Below, one piece after another: positions 37,098-46,990 of a stretch of DNA of 64,000 nt. The stretch spans positions 513,478 through 577,477 of the forward strand of contig CAWGFI010000006.1 in assembly GCA_963821845.1 (NCBI GenBank), read 5' to 3'. The position numbers and the translations under genes were made by a program. Within the stretch, counting starts at the first letter, position 1, and each line of letters opens with the position of its first letter. The stretch comes from an uncultured delta proteobacterium (GTDB taxonomy: Bacteria; Desulfobacterota; Desulfarculia; JACQYL01; CAWGVV01). Under the pieces are notes generated by a model that worked only from the letters and a program-made list of their open reading frames with translations, did not search any database and was not told the DNA's origin.

Positions 37098-38692
37098 TTA
37101 AGCGTTATTGTTCCGCAAGCTTGGCAATAAACCGGGAATCTCCCGGTAAATCCGGTCGATCTTGGCTTCTTCAATATGGCGTCCGGGCAGCGCCTCCAGA
37201 CGATCCAACTCCTCGAGTCCCCTTTCCAGTGTCCGGTCCTCAAGGTCCTTGCTTTCGAACAGATACGGATCGGATACGTAGCCGCTGTGCATGGCCTTGC
37301 GCGCGTGTCGGGCAAAGAGCCACGTTTTGGAATCGATCACCTTTCGCACCATCTTCAGCGCGTCCTCAATCTGACCGCTGTCCATTTCAGGCTCCATCAG
37401 GCAATGTTTCACCTTGCCAATCTGCTCATTGTCCAGAACGGCCTGCAACGGGCAAAAGGTATTGGTGCGGTTGAGCAGCCCGAACGCATAATGGATGTAC
37501 TGGGCGCCGCTCATGGCCATGTAGAGATGGGTGAACAGTTTTTCGAAAACTAGCCTGGCTCCCGGCGCCTTGGCGTCCCCCACGCCCGCCGTGGAGTAGC
37601 AGGGATATTGTAGAATCGGGCCAACTGGACACAGTCGATATTGTATTGGTTGAACTCCGGACAGCCGTACAGGTCGTGCAGATCATCCATGCGCGCCCGC
37701 ACCGGAACGCTGCCGTACAGCACCGGCGCTCCTTCTTTGATCAGTTGGGTGAGCGTAATGCCGGCCAAAATTTCGGCGTTGATTTGCGCCACCATGCCCG
37801 CTTCCTGGATGGGCGCCGTGGATCCGCCCTGCGGCGAAGAGGACATGACCAGCGGCAAACCGGCTTCCACGATGGCAAACACTTTCTCGGCGGTATCGTC
37901 GACAATCTGCAGCGGCGATTTAAAGAGACAGGTGATAAAGGAAATGATGGGGTTTTTCCTGAGCTCCTCGGGGCCGCCCGCGATGATTTCCGCCATGCGT
38001 GATAACATGGCCAGACTGTCAAGATTGGTCAGCCCGGCCTCCACATGCTTGGTTATGTTGTTGAGGCTGGCGAAAAATTTGTTCACATCATGATTTTCGA
38101 CCGTAATTTCCGGATCTTGTATATTCAGCGGCCGAATAAAGAAATCCAGATGCTCCAGCCGGTCGCATAATCGGGCCGCCCGGGCCAGCAAGCCGGCGGT
38201 TCCCCGTTTCTCCTGATGCTGCGGATATTTGATTTTAATCGAATCATCATCCGCCCGCACGAATTCCTGCATGCTGGTTTCCAGCCAAACGTTGCTTTCC
38301 GAACCGGAGCCGAAATAGACCCGAGGCACATCCGCTTCCAGTTTCAGGGAATTCTCGGTATTTCGCGCCCCCAACGTGACGGTCGAAGGCGCTTTTTTCA
38401 TGGCTTCCCGTACCAGGCCTGACGGCAATCGCACCCGCCAGCAGGGATGATTGAATCTTTTTTCCTCGGAAACATCCGCGCCATGGTCTTTATAGAGTTT
38501 GGCCGCCCGTTCGTTGAACGAAAATACGCCGGGATCGGAAAGAATATCCATGGAAGCGCGATCAAGCGTTTTAAGGGCTCGTTCGTCCAGCCGTTCGTAT
38601 GGTTTTACCAGCACGCCCTCTCGATAGGTCGTTGTCAAAATTGCCTCCCTTGTCTGTTCAAAAAATCCGCGAGTGGGTTTCGCGTTGAGCAT
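37098..38692 (-). pseudogene. MttB-superfamily methyltransferase paralogue 1 (long, about 541 aa, no amber codon), one frameshift at a C-run near 37.59 kb
   Basis: ORF 37550..38692 and ORF 37098..37583 join as ...ARFYNIP|CYSTAGVGDAKAPGA... if one C is added to CCC at about 37590. The TIM-barrel MttB pattern runs throughout. Confidence 0.75.
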
Positions 38693-38695
38693 TTC

Positions 38696-39490
38696 TCAGC
38701 CTCTGAATTGCCGCGTATACCGCTTACAGCGTTTGTCGCGACCGACCAGGACTTCAGCCGTCTTGACGGCGCTCATGAATTCCGCGTCCAATGGATCGGC
38801 GATGGCCGCGTCCAATCCGGCGTAGATCGCCATCTGAAGAAATCCTATGTTGAGCTTTTTTCGGGCCGGCAGGCCGTAGGAAACATTGGACAGGCCCAAA
38901 ACAGTGTGCGCTTCGGGAATGTTCGTTTTGAGCGCTTCCAGCGTTTTCAGCGTTGTCAGACCCTGGGTAACGTCGGCGCTGATGGGGAGCGTCAACGGGT
39001 CGAAATAGATCTTGTTCAGTTCGACGCCGCTCCGGGAGCAGAAAGACGCTATCTTTTCGCAAGCCTTCAACCGTTCATCAACGGTTTGAGGAATTCCTTT
39101 TTCGTTCATGGCCAGGGCGATGACTTCGCAGTCGTAGCCTTGGACAAGTTCCATCACCGCATCAAGCGTCTTATCCTCCGCTTTCACGGAATTGATCATG
39201 GCCTTCATGCCGTTCAGCGCTTTCAGCCCGGCTTCGAGCACGCCCGGATCGGCGCTGTCCACACTGATGGTCGCATCGACCGATTCCGAAACAAGCTTCA
39301 CGGCCCAATCCATGGCGGCGATCTCATCGTCCCGCGTTCCATCGCCGGTTCCCACGTTTACATCGATATAAACCGCCCCGGCTTCGGCCTGACCACGGGC
39401 CAGTGCGAGCAGATCGCTGTCATCGCGCTCGCCTATGATCCGCCTCACGTCCTTGATCGTGGCGTTTATTTTTTCTCCGATTATCTTCAT
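38696..39490 (-). CDS. Pterin-binding methyltransferase (methyl-corrinoid:tetrahydrofolate methyltransferase, MtgA/AcsE/MeTr-like)
   Basis: 264 aa, intact. Starts MKIIGEKINAT..., then YIDVNVG, ISVDSADPGVLEAGLK, INSV, LGLSNVSYGLP. This is the dihydropteroate-synthase-like fold pattern. Confidence 0.8.
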   Translation of the reverse strand: MKIIGEKINATIKDVRRIIGERDDSDLLALARGQAEAGAVYIDVNVGTGDGTRDDEIAAMDWAVKLVSESVDATISVDSADPGVLEAGLKALNGMKAMINSVKAEDKTLDAVMELVQGYDCEVIALAMNEKGIPQTVDERLKACEKIASFCSRSGVELNKIYFDPLTLPISADVTQGLTTLKTLEALKTNIPEAHTVLGLSNVSYGLPARKKLNIGFLQMAIYAGLDAAIADPLDAEFMSAVKTAEVLVGRDKRCKRYTRQFRG

Positions 39491-39503
39491 AAGACGCTTC
39501 CTT

Positions 39504-40967
39504 TTAACCGGCCAATATCGACTTTTCGATTCCGGGAACTTCCTTCAGAATCGCTTCCCGCAAGGACGCCGGCAAGACCGGTTTGTTTCCATTGTTCAGG
39601 ATCTCGTGGGCTTTCTCGGACGCTCTTTGCAGGGTGTCCTTCGCGCCCTCGGCGCTCCACCGTTCCCGGTCGAGTCTGTCGCTCAGCGTCGGTTGATAAT
39701 GTTCCCGGCGCATATAGCGGCGCGTGTGCCGGTTGGAAACAAAATGGCCGCCCGGCCCGGTTTGTTTAATCAGGTCATAGGCCAGGGTTTCCTCGTTGAC
39801 CTCGATCCCCGACACCGCTCTCATCAGCATGCCGTTGATTTCGTTATCGATGACCAGCTTGTCGTAAGAAGCGGTCAGACAGAATTCCAGGAACCCGGCG
39901 GCGTCGTGGATGCAGTTGCCTCCGGCCAGCGCCACCAGGGCGCTGGTGATGGCCGATTCGTAGCCGGATTGGGCGTCGTTGATTTTCGAGTCGGACATAC
40001 CCGCCGTGGTGTACACGGGAAGATTGTAGAATTGAGCCATTTGGGCGGCGCCCGCGTTCAGCAGCCCCATTTCGACCGCGCCCGAGAGATATTTCATATC
40101 CCGCAAATCCACGCTCGAAGCCACGCATCCCATAAGCGTCGGAGAGCCGGGATTTACCAGCTGTGCCAACATGACTCCGGCCAGGGTGTCCACGATCTGG
40201 ACCACCAGGTTTCCGGCCAATGTTACGGGCGCCGTGGCGCCGCACAGGGGCTCGGACGGCACGACCAGTGGTAAACCATTACGAACCACCTCCATGGCCA
40301 GCCGTCCGTACTGTTCGTCCAGCTTGAAAGGGCTGATGGAGCAGGTGACGAAGGAAACAAATGGTTTTTCCCGCAGCTTCTCCGGGGAGCCGGCTATCAT
40401 TTCGGCCATCTTGACAACGTCCCGCACGCCTTCAATGGTGTAGACGCCGCCCATGACGTGTTTGCGCGTGTTGTTGAGCGCCGCCGCGAAGCGATTGGCG
40501 TCAATGCGTTCCACGGGCAGTTCGTTGGGATACACATTGAGCATATAGAAATGGATGTTGTCCAAATGCTGAACCATCCGGGCCATGTTGGCGATATCGT
40601 CCAGACGCGCCGGACGGGCCTCGTCGGACCCCGCTTCCTGAACATTGAGCGCCGTGCCTCCGGTTCCCAGATAGACGCTGGCGCCGCCGATCTCGCAATC
40701 GTACTCCCCATTGTCGCCCCTGCCACAAAGCGTGACCGTGGACGGCGCCTTCGCGATCAATTCCTGCGCGAGCTCTGGCGAGACTTTGACCGTACGCGCC
40801 ACGTCATCCACCTCGGCGCCGGCTTTCTTGAAAAGTTGTCTCGCTTCATCGAAGTTGACTTCAACGCCGACTTCCGCCAGCACGCGAAACGTGGTTTCGT
40901 GAATGAGCCTGATGTCTTTATCGTTCAGCGGTTTATAATGGCCCGCCGCGCCATTTTTGTTTTCCAT
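39504..40967 (-). CDS. MttB-superfamily methyltransferase paralogue 2 (487 aa, non-pyrrolysine; glycine betaine/quaternary amine:corrinoid methyltransferase-like)
   Basis: Uninterrupted ORF. Contains IHETTFRVLAEVGVEV, PSTVTLCGR, FVTCSISPF...LPLVVPSEPLCGATAPVTLAG and YNLPVYTTAGMSDSK. There is no in-frame TAG. Confidence 0.8.
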   Translation of the reverse strand: MENKNGAAGHYKPLNDKDIRLIHETTFRVLAEVGVEVNFDEARQLFKKAGAEVDDVARTVKVSPELAQELIAKAPSTVTLCGRGDNGEYDCEIGGASVYLGTGGTALNVQEAGSDEARPARLDDIANMARMVQHLDNIHFYMLNVYPNELPVERIDANRFAAALNNTRKHVMGGVYTIEGVRDVVKMAEMIAGSPEKLREKPFVSFVTCSISPFKLDEQYGRLAMEVVRNGLPLVVPSEPLCGATAPVTLAGNLVVQIVDTLAGVMLAQLVNPGSPTLMGCVASSVDLRDMKYLSGAVEMGLLNAGAAQMAQFYNLPVYTTAGMSDSKINDAQSGYESAITSALVALAGGNCIHDAAGFLEFCLTASYDKLVIDNEINGMLMRAVSGIEVNEETLAYDLIKQTGPGGHFVSNRHTRRYMRREHYQPTLSDRLDRERWSAEGAKDTLQRASEKAHEILNNGNKPVLPASLREAILKEVPGIEKSILAG

Positions 40968-41012
40968 GGTCTGCGTTACCTTATGTTTTGGTGATTTTAG
41001 TTCGGGAGGTCT

Positions 41013-41771
41013 TTAAGCGTGCGCGGTTTGCCGGTGAGACGCCCGCCGGTACGAACAATCTTTGTTCGCGCAATGATCGCAGGGGTTGTAGGCGACTGTG
41101 GGACCCGGTCTATCCGTGACGCCAAAGACGCCGGATATGGATTTGCGGGGCGCCATGAGTCCGCCGGTATTGAGCGACACTCCGATTTCACCGGAATCCA
41201 TGGACGAAAAGAGCTTCTTCTGTTCCATCACGTTCCAGTCGCAATAGCCCGGCGAAAAGGGCAGGGTGGTCCCTTTCCTGATTAGTTTGAGATATGACCC
41301 GTATTGTGAGTGAAACTGCTCGATCATATTTTCGATGGCCACCGAGCCCAGAGATTCGACGATATACGCTTCCGACAACCGGTTCCGCTCAGTCAGTTTC
41401 CTGACCTCTTTTTCGATTTTTGACCCGATGGTTCCCACATACACCACGGCCCGTTTGCAGGAGCTGAACGCCTTGGCCAGCTTGTGACTGCGCCAGGTGG
41501 TTCCGTCAAAAAGACTTACCGCGGTTTTGGAAACGCCGGCGATCGGCTTAACGGAAAACAGCAGTCGAGGGTCGATCACCTGATCGACCCGCTCCATCCA
41601 GACTCCTACTTTGCGCTGAAGCCTGGCGGAAAGGCCGTTTTCGCCCGAACCCCCAAGCATTCTCAGAACTTCGGCTTTGGTATATTTGGGCGCAATACTG
41701 ACCATATTGCTTTCTCCGGGGAGTAGGCATTCATCAGGTTCAAAATCATTAAATTCCCGCAATGCGCGCAT
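41013..41771 (-). CDS. Stand-alone vitamin-B12-dependent methionine synthase activation-domain (Met_synt_B12-like) protein with a C-terminal Cys cluster
   Basis: 252 aa; the start may instead be Met23 at 41705. Contains LPFSPGYCDWNVMEQKKLFSSMD and GGLMAPRKSISGVFG, which resemble the MetH AdoMet-binding reactivation module. The tail is NPCDHCANKDC. Confidence 0.65.
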   Translation of the reverse strand: MRALREFNDFEPDECLLPGESNMVSIAPKYTKAEVLRMLGGSGENGLSARLQRKVGVWMERVDQVIDPRLLFSVKPIAGVSKTAVSLFDGTTWRSHKLAKAFSSCKRAVVYVGTIGSKIEKEVRKLTERNRLSEAYIVESLGSVAIENMIEQFHSQYGSYLKLIRKGTTLPFSPGYCDWNVMEQKKLFSSMDSGEIGVSLNTGGLMAPRKSISGVFGVTDRPGPTVAYNPCDHCANKDCSYRRASHRQTAHA

Positions 41772-41865
41772 TCGTTCCTCCAGTGAGAGACATGAATCTC
41801 CCTCAAGTCCAGGTTTGTCGCGGGCGTCTTAAGAAGATGCTCAGGAAGCGCAAGCGCCTTAGGCG

Positions 41866-42384
41866 CTATGGCTGTTCGGTTATCAAGGAGTCCATGAACC
41901 GAAATACCTCAACGACTCGTTCCAGTTTTTCATTCGACAATCCGGACAACCCCTCGATAATTGACTTCTGCACGGGAGCGGGGGCCTTCTCGGCAAAAGA
42001 GCGGCCGCTGCCCGTCAATTCAATCGTGACCACTCTTCGATCCGTGGAGCTGCGTTTTCTGGTAGCCAGCCCTTTGGCTTCCAGCCGATCGATGATGCCG
42101 GTAATGGTTCCCGGCTTCACCAGTATTCTCTCCGCAAGCTTTGAAAGAGGAGCCGGCCCATATCGATACAACGCCAGCAGACAGCTCAACTGGCCCTGGC
42201 TGATGTCGTATTCCTTTTGCAGCTTTTTGCTGAAGAGTTCGTCCGCCTGCACAAAGCGTCGCAAGTACCAGATTATCCAGAGGACGGAATCCGATAGCTC
42301 TCCTGGCGCCAAACCGCCAACATCAGCGCTACTCCTGTCGAGCGCAAGCCGGTTGCCCTTGTCCGTCTTGTCTTCTCGACTCAT
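41866..42384 (-). CDS. MarR-family transcriptional regulator (paralogue 1)
   Basis: 172 aa. Contains ISQGQLSCLLALYRYGPAPLSKLAERILVKPGTITGIIDRLEAKGLATRKRSSTDRRVV. Confidence 0.85.
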   Translation of the reverse strand: MSREDKTDKGNRLALDRSSADVGGLAPGELSDSVLWIIWYLRRFVQADELFSKKLQKEYDISQGQLSCLLALYRYGPAPLSKLAERILVKPGTITGIIDRLEAKGLATRKRSSTDRRVVTIELTGSGRSFAEKAPAPVQKSIIEGLSGLSNEKLERVVEVFRFMDSLITEQP

Positions 42385-42700
42385 ATGATTGCCGATTGCG
42401 CTCCCCGCTCTAATGAGTTTCTGAGCTTTATTATTTAATTATAGTTAAGATTGTCACATCTAAAATAATTTCAGTTCAAACTATATAGTCAGCCGCGAGT
42501 CTTGTCAAATGTCGTTGCGGCTCCTTATCTGATTATGAGGGAATTAAGACGCGGCAGTTCGGTCATGCGCCGCGCCAGGGCGCGAGTTCCATAAAAACCG
42601 CCGGTCACGCGTCCTGGCGCTCAGCAAAGGAATTTAGCCTAAAACTAACATCGCCGATCCGGGGAAGGCCCGAGAAAAAGCAGCGTGTCTCACGTCCGTT

Positions 42701-44148
42701 TCAATACCGGTAATAATCGGGTTTGTACGGCCCATCCGCGGGAACGCCAATATACCCCGCCTGCTTTTCACTCAGCCTGGTCAATTTTCCTCCCAGTTTG
42801 CCCAGGTGGAGACGCGCCACTTCCTCGTCAAGTTCTTTCGGCAGGGTGTGCACGCCCAGCTCATATTCCTTGGTCCACAGTTCTATCTGAGCCAAGGTCT
42901 GATTGGTAAAGGAATTGGACATGACAAAGCTCGGGTGGCCGGTGGCGCACCCCAGATTGACCAGCCTGCCTTCGGCCAGCATGTACACACTGTGACCGTC
43001 CGGGAAGGTGTAGCGATCCACCTGCGGTTTTATGGAGGTCTTCTCGATATCCGGCCAATCATTCAGCGCGTCTACCTGTATCTCGTTATCGAAGTGGCCG
43101 ATATTGCAGACGATAGCCTGATCCTTCATGCCGGCCATATGCTCGGCGGTAATGACATCGCAATTTCCGGTGGCAGTGACGTAAATGTCGGCGAACTCCA
43201 GCGCGTCCTCCATCGTCACCACTTTAAATCCGGCCATGTAGGCCTGCAGCGCGCAGATGGGATCGACCTCTGTCACGAACACCCGAGCCCGATGCGCGGC
43301 CAGCGCCTCGGCGCATCCCTTGCCCACGTCGCCGTATCCGCACACCAGCGCGGTCTTGCCCGCGACCATGACGTCGGTGGCCCGCTTGATGCCGTCAACC
43401 AGCGATTCCCTGCACCCGTAAATGTTGTCGAACTTGCTTTTGGTCACGGAATCGTTGACGTTTATGGCCGGAAACAGCAGCTCTTTGCTCTTATGCATCT
43501 GATACAGACGATGCACGCCGGTGGTGGTTTCCTCGGAAACGCCCTTCAACCCGTTTACCACGTTGGTCCAGAATCCCGGTTCTTTTTGCAGCGTCTCCTT
43601 GAGCAACGCGTTGATGATTCTGAGCTCCTTGTTATCGGTGGGCTCGTCCAGGATGGAGGGATCTTTTTCCGCGGCGTACCCGCGGTGAGCGAGCAGTGTG
43701 GCGTCTCCGCCGTCATCCACGATCAGGTTCGGCCCCCCGCCGTCCGGCCAGGTAACGGCCTGTTTGGTACACCACCAGTATTCTTCCAGGGTTTCACCCT
43801 TCCAGGCGAAAACCGGAACTCCTGCCTTGGCGATGGCCGCCGCGGCGTGGTCCTGCGTGGAAAATATGTTGCACGAAGCCCATCTGACATCGCGCTCCCA
43901 ACTCCACAAGCGTTTCTATGAGCACGGCCGTCTGAATGGTCATGTGGAGGCTTCCGCTGATCCGCGCCCCTTGCAGCGGTTTTTGAGGCCCGTATTTCTC
44001 TCGCGTGGCCAGAAGCCCGGGCATCTCCTTTTCGGCTATCTCGAATTTCTTTTCTTCCGAAATCGGCTTGATTGATATCCTTGACTTTATAGGGAAGTGA
44101 GGTATCCAATCCTTCCGCGTTTGCCTGTGAAGCCGCGTTCGCTCTCAT
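42701..44148 (-). pseudogene. ahcY: Adenosylhomocysteinase, split over three frames
   Basis: The N-terminus [16 protein letters not shown] is in ORF 43723..44148. The segment [44 protein letters not shown] is in ORF 43794..44024. The rest ([40 protein letters not shown]...) is in ORF 42701..43909. Confidence 0.85.
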
Positions 44149-45356
44149 GCCGCAACCCTTGTTCCTTTCTTGGCGAAGCTCGCCAAAGCTTCCGCTTTAT
44201 CGGTCTTTTCCCAGGGGAAAATATCCCGCCCGAAATGGCCATAGGTGGACGAATCCCGATAGGACCATCCGTCGGGCCGCAGCAGGTTCAATTCCTTGAT
44301 AATGGCGGCGGGGCGAAAGTCGAAAATGTTCTCATGTTCCAGAATTTTCTGAAGGTCGGTGTCTTCCAGCGAACCGGTGCCGTAGGTGTCCACATTGATG
44401 CTGAGAGGCTTGGCCACGCCGATGGCGTAGGCGACCTGAATTTCGCATTTGTCGGCAAGACCCGCGGCCACGATATTCTTGGCGGCGTAGCGACCGTAAT
44501 ATGCGGCGGAGCGGTCGACCTTCGAGGGGTCTTTGCCGGAAAACGCGCCGCCCCCGTGGCTCCCGACTCCTCCATAGGTGTCGACGATGATTTTTCTACC
44601 CGTCACGCCCGAATCCGCATAAGGGCCGCCCAAGTATGAACGAGCCGGTCGGGATTGACGTAAAATTCGGTTTCGTCGCTCAGCATGTCCGTGGGGCCAA
44701 GGAGGTCGCGCGTCGCGTCCATAAGGTCTTTGCGGATGGTATTCCGAGCGGTACTTCATCGGTCTGATGGGAGATCACCACGGTGGTGATATGTTGGGGT
44801 TTACCGTTTTCGATATTGCACCGATATCTGCGATTTGGAATCGGGCCGGAGATAGTCCAAGTCCCTGTTTTTGCGTACGTCCTCCAGATGCTGCAGCAAG
44901 CGGTGGGCGTAGGCGATGGGGGCGGGCATGAGTTCGCGGCGTCTCATTGGTGGCGTACCCGAACATCATTCCCTGGTCCCCGGCGCCCTGTTCCTGGAAC
45001 AGGCCTTCTCCCTCTGATACGCCACAGGCTATGTCCGGTGACTGGGGATGTATTCGGGAGATGTACTCAAAGGAATTATGCCAGAAGTGATATTTTTCAT
45101 GATCGTACCCGATATCATTCACGATCTCGCGGGTAATGACTTCCGTATCGATATCATCCCAACCGCAGCAGGTTACTTCACCCGCATTGACGATCAGGTC
45201 ATGAGCCACCAGCGTCTCGACGGCCACCCGGCTTTTTGCGTCTGCCGCCAGGCAGGCGTCCAGAATCGAGTCGGATACTTGATCGCATATTTTATCCGGA
45301 TGTCCCTCGCTGACTGATTCAGAGGTGAAAACATGATCGGCCGAAATTTTGCTCAT
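44145..45356 (-). pseudogene. metK: S-adenosylmethionine synthetase, several frameshifts between about 44.64 and 44.94 kb
   Basis: The N-terminus [25 protein letters not shown]...[12 protein letters not shown] is in ORF 44775..45356. The C-terminus [11 protein letters not shown]...[19 protein letters not shown] is in ORF 44145..44759. The middle is readable only by frame hopping. Confidence 0.85.
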
Positions 45357-45597
45357 TAAAAAACCTCCTCGGTTTGCGTCTGAATGAATCTGGCCCGGCG
45401 TGTTCCCATTTTCCGCGGCAAACCAGTTTGAGGGTCATAAATAAAGAAGCGCTTATGATAAGCGCCGTGATGTTTTTCCTGTTGAAAAATTATCAGTTGA
45501 AAGTATTTAAAAAAAACGCGGCTGTCAAGCGCAGTACCGGAATTTGTGGGGCAGGGGCGCCGGGGAACGATACTGAACGCCTCGCTGAAAGGCTTGA

Positions 45598-46131
45598 TCA
45601 GCTTTCCTCATCGAGCATGGCCACGAGCTTTTCCAGGCTCTTGACCACTTCCAGATTTTCCCGCTCGGAGAGGCTTTTGAGGCCGTTTATGATCGATTTT
45701 TGGATAGGCGGGGGAGCTTTCTTAACCAGTTCATTACCGGCGCTCGTCATTTGGATATTCACAATTCGCCGGTCGCGCGCGCTTCGCTCTCTTACCACCA
45801 AACTTTTCTGTTCGAGCCGGTCGATGATCCCCGTGATCGTGCTCGGTTTGACCAGGATGGTTTGCGCAAGTTTGGACTGCGGCAGGGGGCCGCTGTCAAA
45901 GAGCGCCAAAAGACACGCCAGTTGATGCTGGGTAACGTCGTAATTTTTTTGCAGATATTTGCTGTACAACTCACCGGCCTGAACCAGTTTGCGGAGAAGC
46001 CAGATTACTCTTCTCGTGGATTCGGGTAGGACTTCATCGACAAGAGGCTGGGGTGGCGCAGCGCAGTCAATTGACGCTTGCTGCTCGATAACCGGTTCAT
46101 CTGGAGTGGAACGCAAATTTTTTCGATTCAT
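45598..46131 (-). CDS. MarR-family transcriptional regulator (paralogue 2)
   Basis: 177 aa. Clearly alignable to the MarR at 41866..42384 over the whole wHTH (VTQHQLACLLALFDSGPLPQSKLAQTILVKPSTITGIIDRLEQKSLVVRERSARDRRIV). Confidence 0.85.
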   Translation of the reverse strand: MNRKNLRSTPDEPVIEQQASIDCAAPPQPLVDEVLPESTRRVIWLLRKLVQAGELYSKYLQKNYDVTQHQLACLLALFDSGPLPQSKLAQTILVKPSTITGIIDRLEQKSLVVRERSARDRRIVNIQMTSAGNELVKKAPPPIQKSIINGLKSLSERENLEVVKSLEKLVAMLDEES

Positions 46132-46387
46132 GGATTCAAGCTAACTATGGCGGAACAGTTATTTTAAAAAAACACCTCGCAGTGTATGAGACCGTGAAAA
46201 CTCATCTCCGGTTAAATACCAAATATATCGTAACATATCTACCATTAACGTACCCTGTCGTCATCTTGAAGTCTTCTGCTTAAAAGTTGGCGGAATTTCG
46301 GAGCCGGTTACGATTGGCTGGTTTCATGGGCAAAATTCGAGGAGCTTCGGCTTTATTTCCTTTTACTTCTGGCGCCAGGCGGTTTGG

Positions 46388-46990
46388 TCATTCGCAGAGT
46401 AACAATCCACTGATTCCTCTTACAATCATTTCAATTGAAATAGCTCCTATTATCAGGCCATTTATTCTGGATAATATATTAACATAAATATCGAAAATCT
46501 TTATGTTTTGATCCGTTATTCTATCTCTGATCTGTTTGAATACCAGAACGAACAAAGTGCTGATAGCGACCGCAAGCAGCAAAATAATTACCGATGTTAT
46601 AGAATTTGTCTTTTTGCCAATCAAAATAGATTGAGTAATGGTTCCAGCGCCAATCATAAAAGGAACCGCAATTTGAGAAGGAAGCTCTTCTATGTCCCCT
46701 CTTAGAACAATGGCAGCCTTCGATCCTTTTGTAACGTAATTATAGGCGACAATAAGAAATACTATACCGCCAAAGCACCGTAGGGCTTCGGTTCTGACGG
46801 AAAAAACCGTAATGAGTAGTTTGTCCCCGAATAAGGAGAAAACGGCAAACACAATATACGATATGAGCGAAGCAATGCTTAATACCCTAAGGAAGTTTTT
46901 TGAGTCCAGCTCTTCAATGATACCGGCCAGATACAGGCATAATGCGAACGGATTGAGGATTACTATAAAGCTTAAGAGGAGTTCGATCAT
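46388..46990 (-). CDS. MarC-family (UPF0056) integral membrane protein
   Basis: 200 aa, polytopic. Contains ILNPFALCLYL and VPFMIGAGTIT. Codon usage is markedly AT-rich compared with the flanks. Confidence 0.7.
   Translation of the reverse strand: MIELLLSFIVILNPFALCLYLAGIIEELDSKNFLRVLSIASLISYIVFAVFSLFGDKLLITVFSVRTEALRCFGGIVFLIVAYNYVTKGSKAAIVLRGDIEELPSQIAVPFMIGAGTITQSILIGKKTNSITSVIILLLAVAISTLFVLVFKQIRDRITDQNIKIFDIYVNILSRINGLIIGAISIEMIVRGISGLLLCE

Noticed and set aside
37098-40967. Possible pyrrolysine (in-frame TAG) in the MttB-family genes
   Set aside because: MttB-2 is a single uninterrupted 487-codon ORF. The break in MttB-1 is a -1/+1 frame change at a C-run (38692 and 37583 are in different phases), not an in-frame amber codon. 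Both are therefore non-Pyl members.
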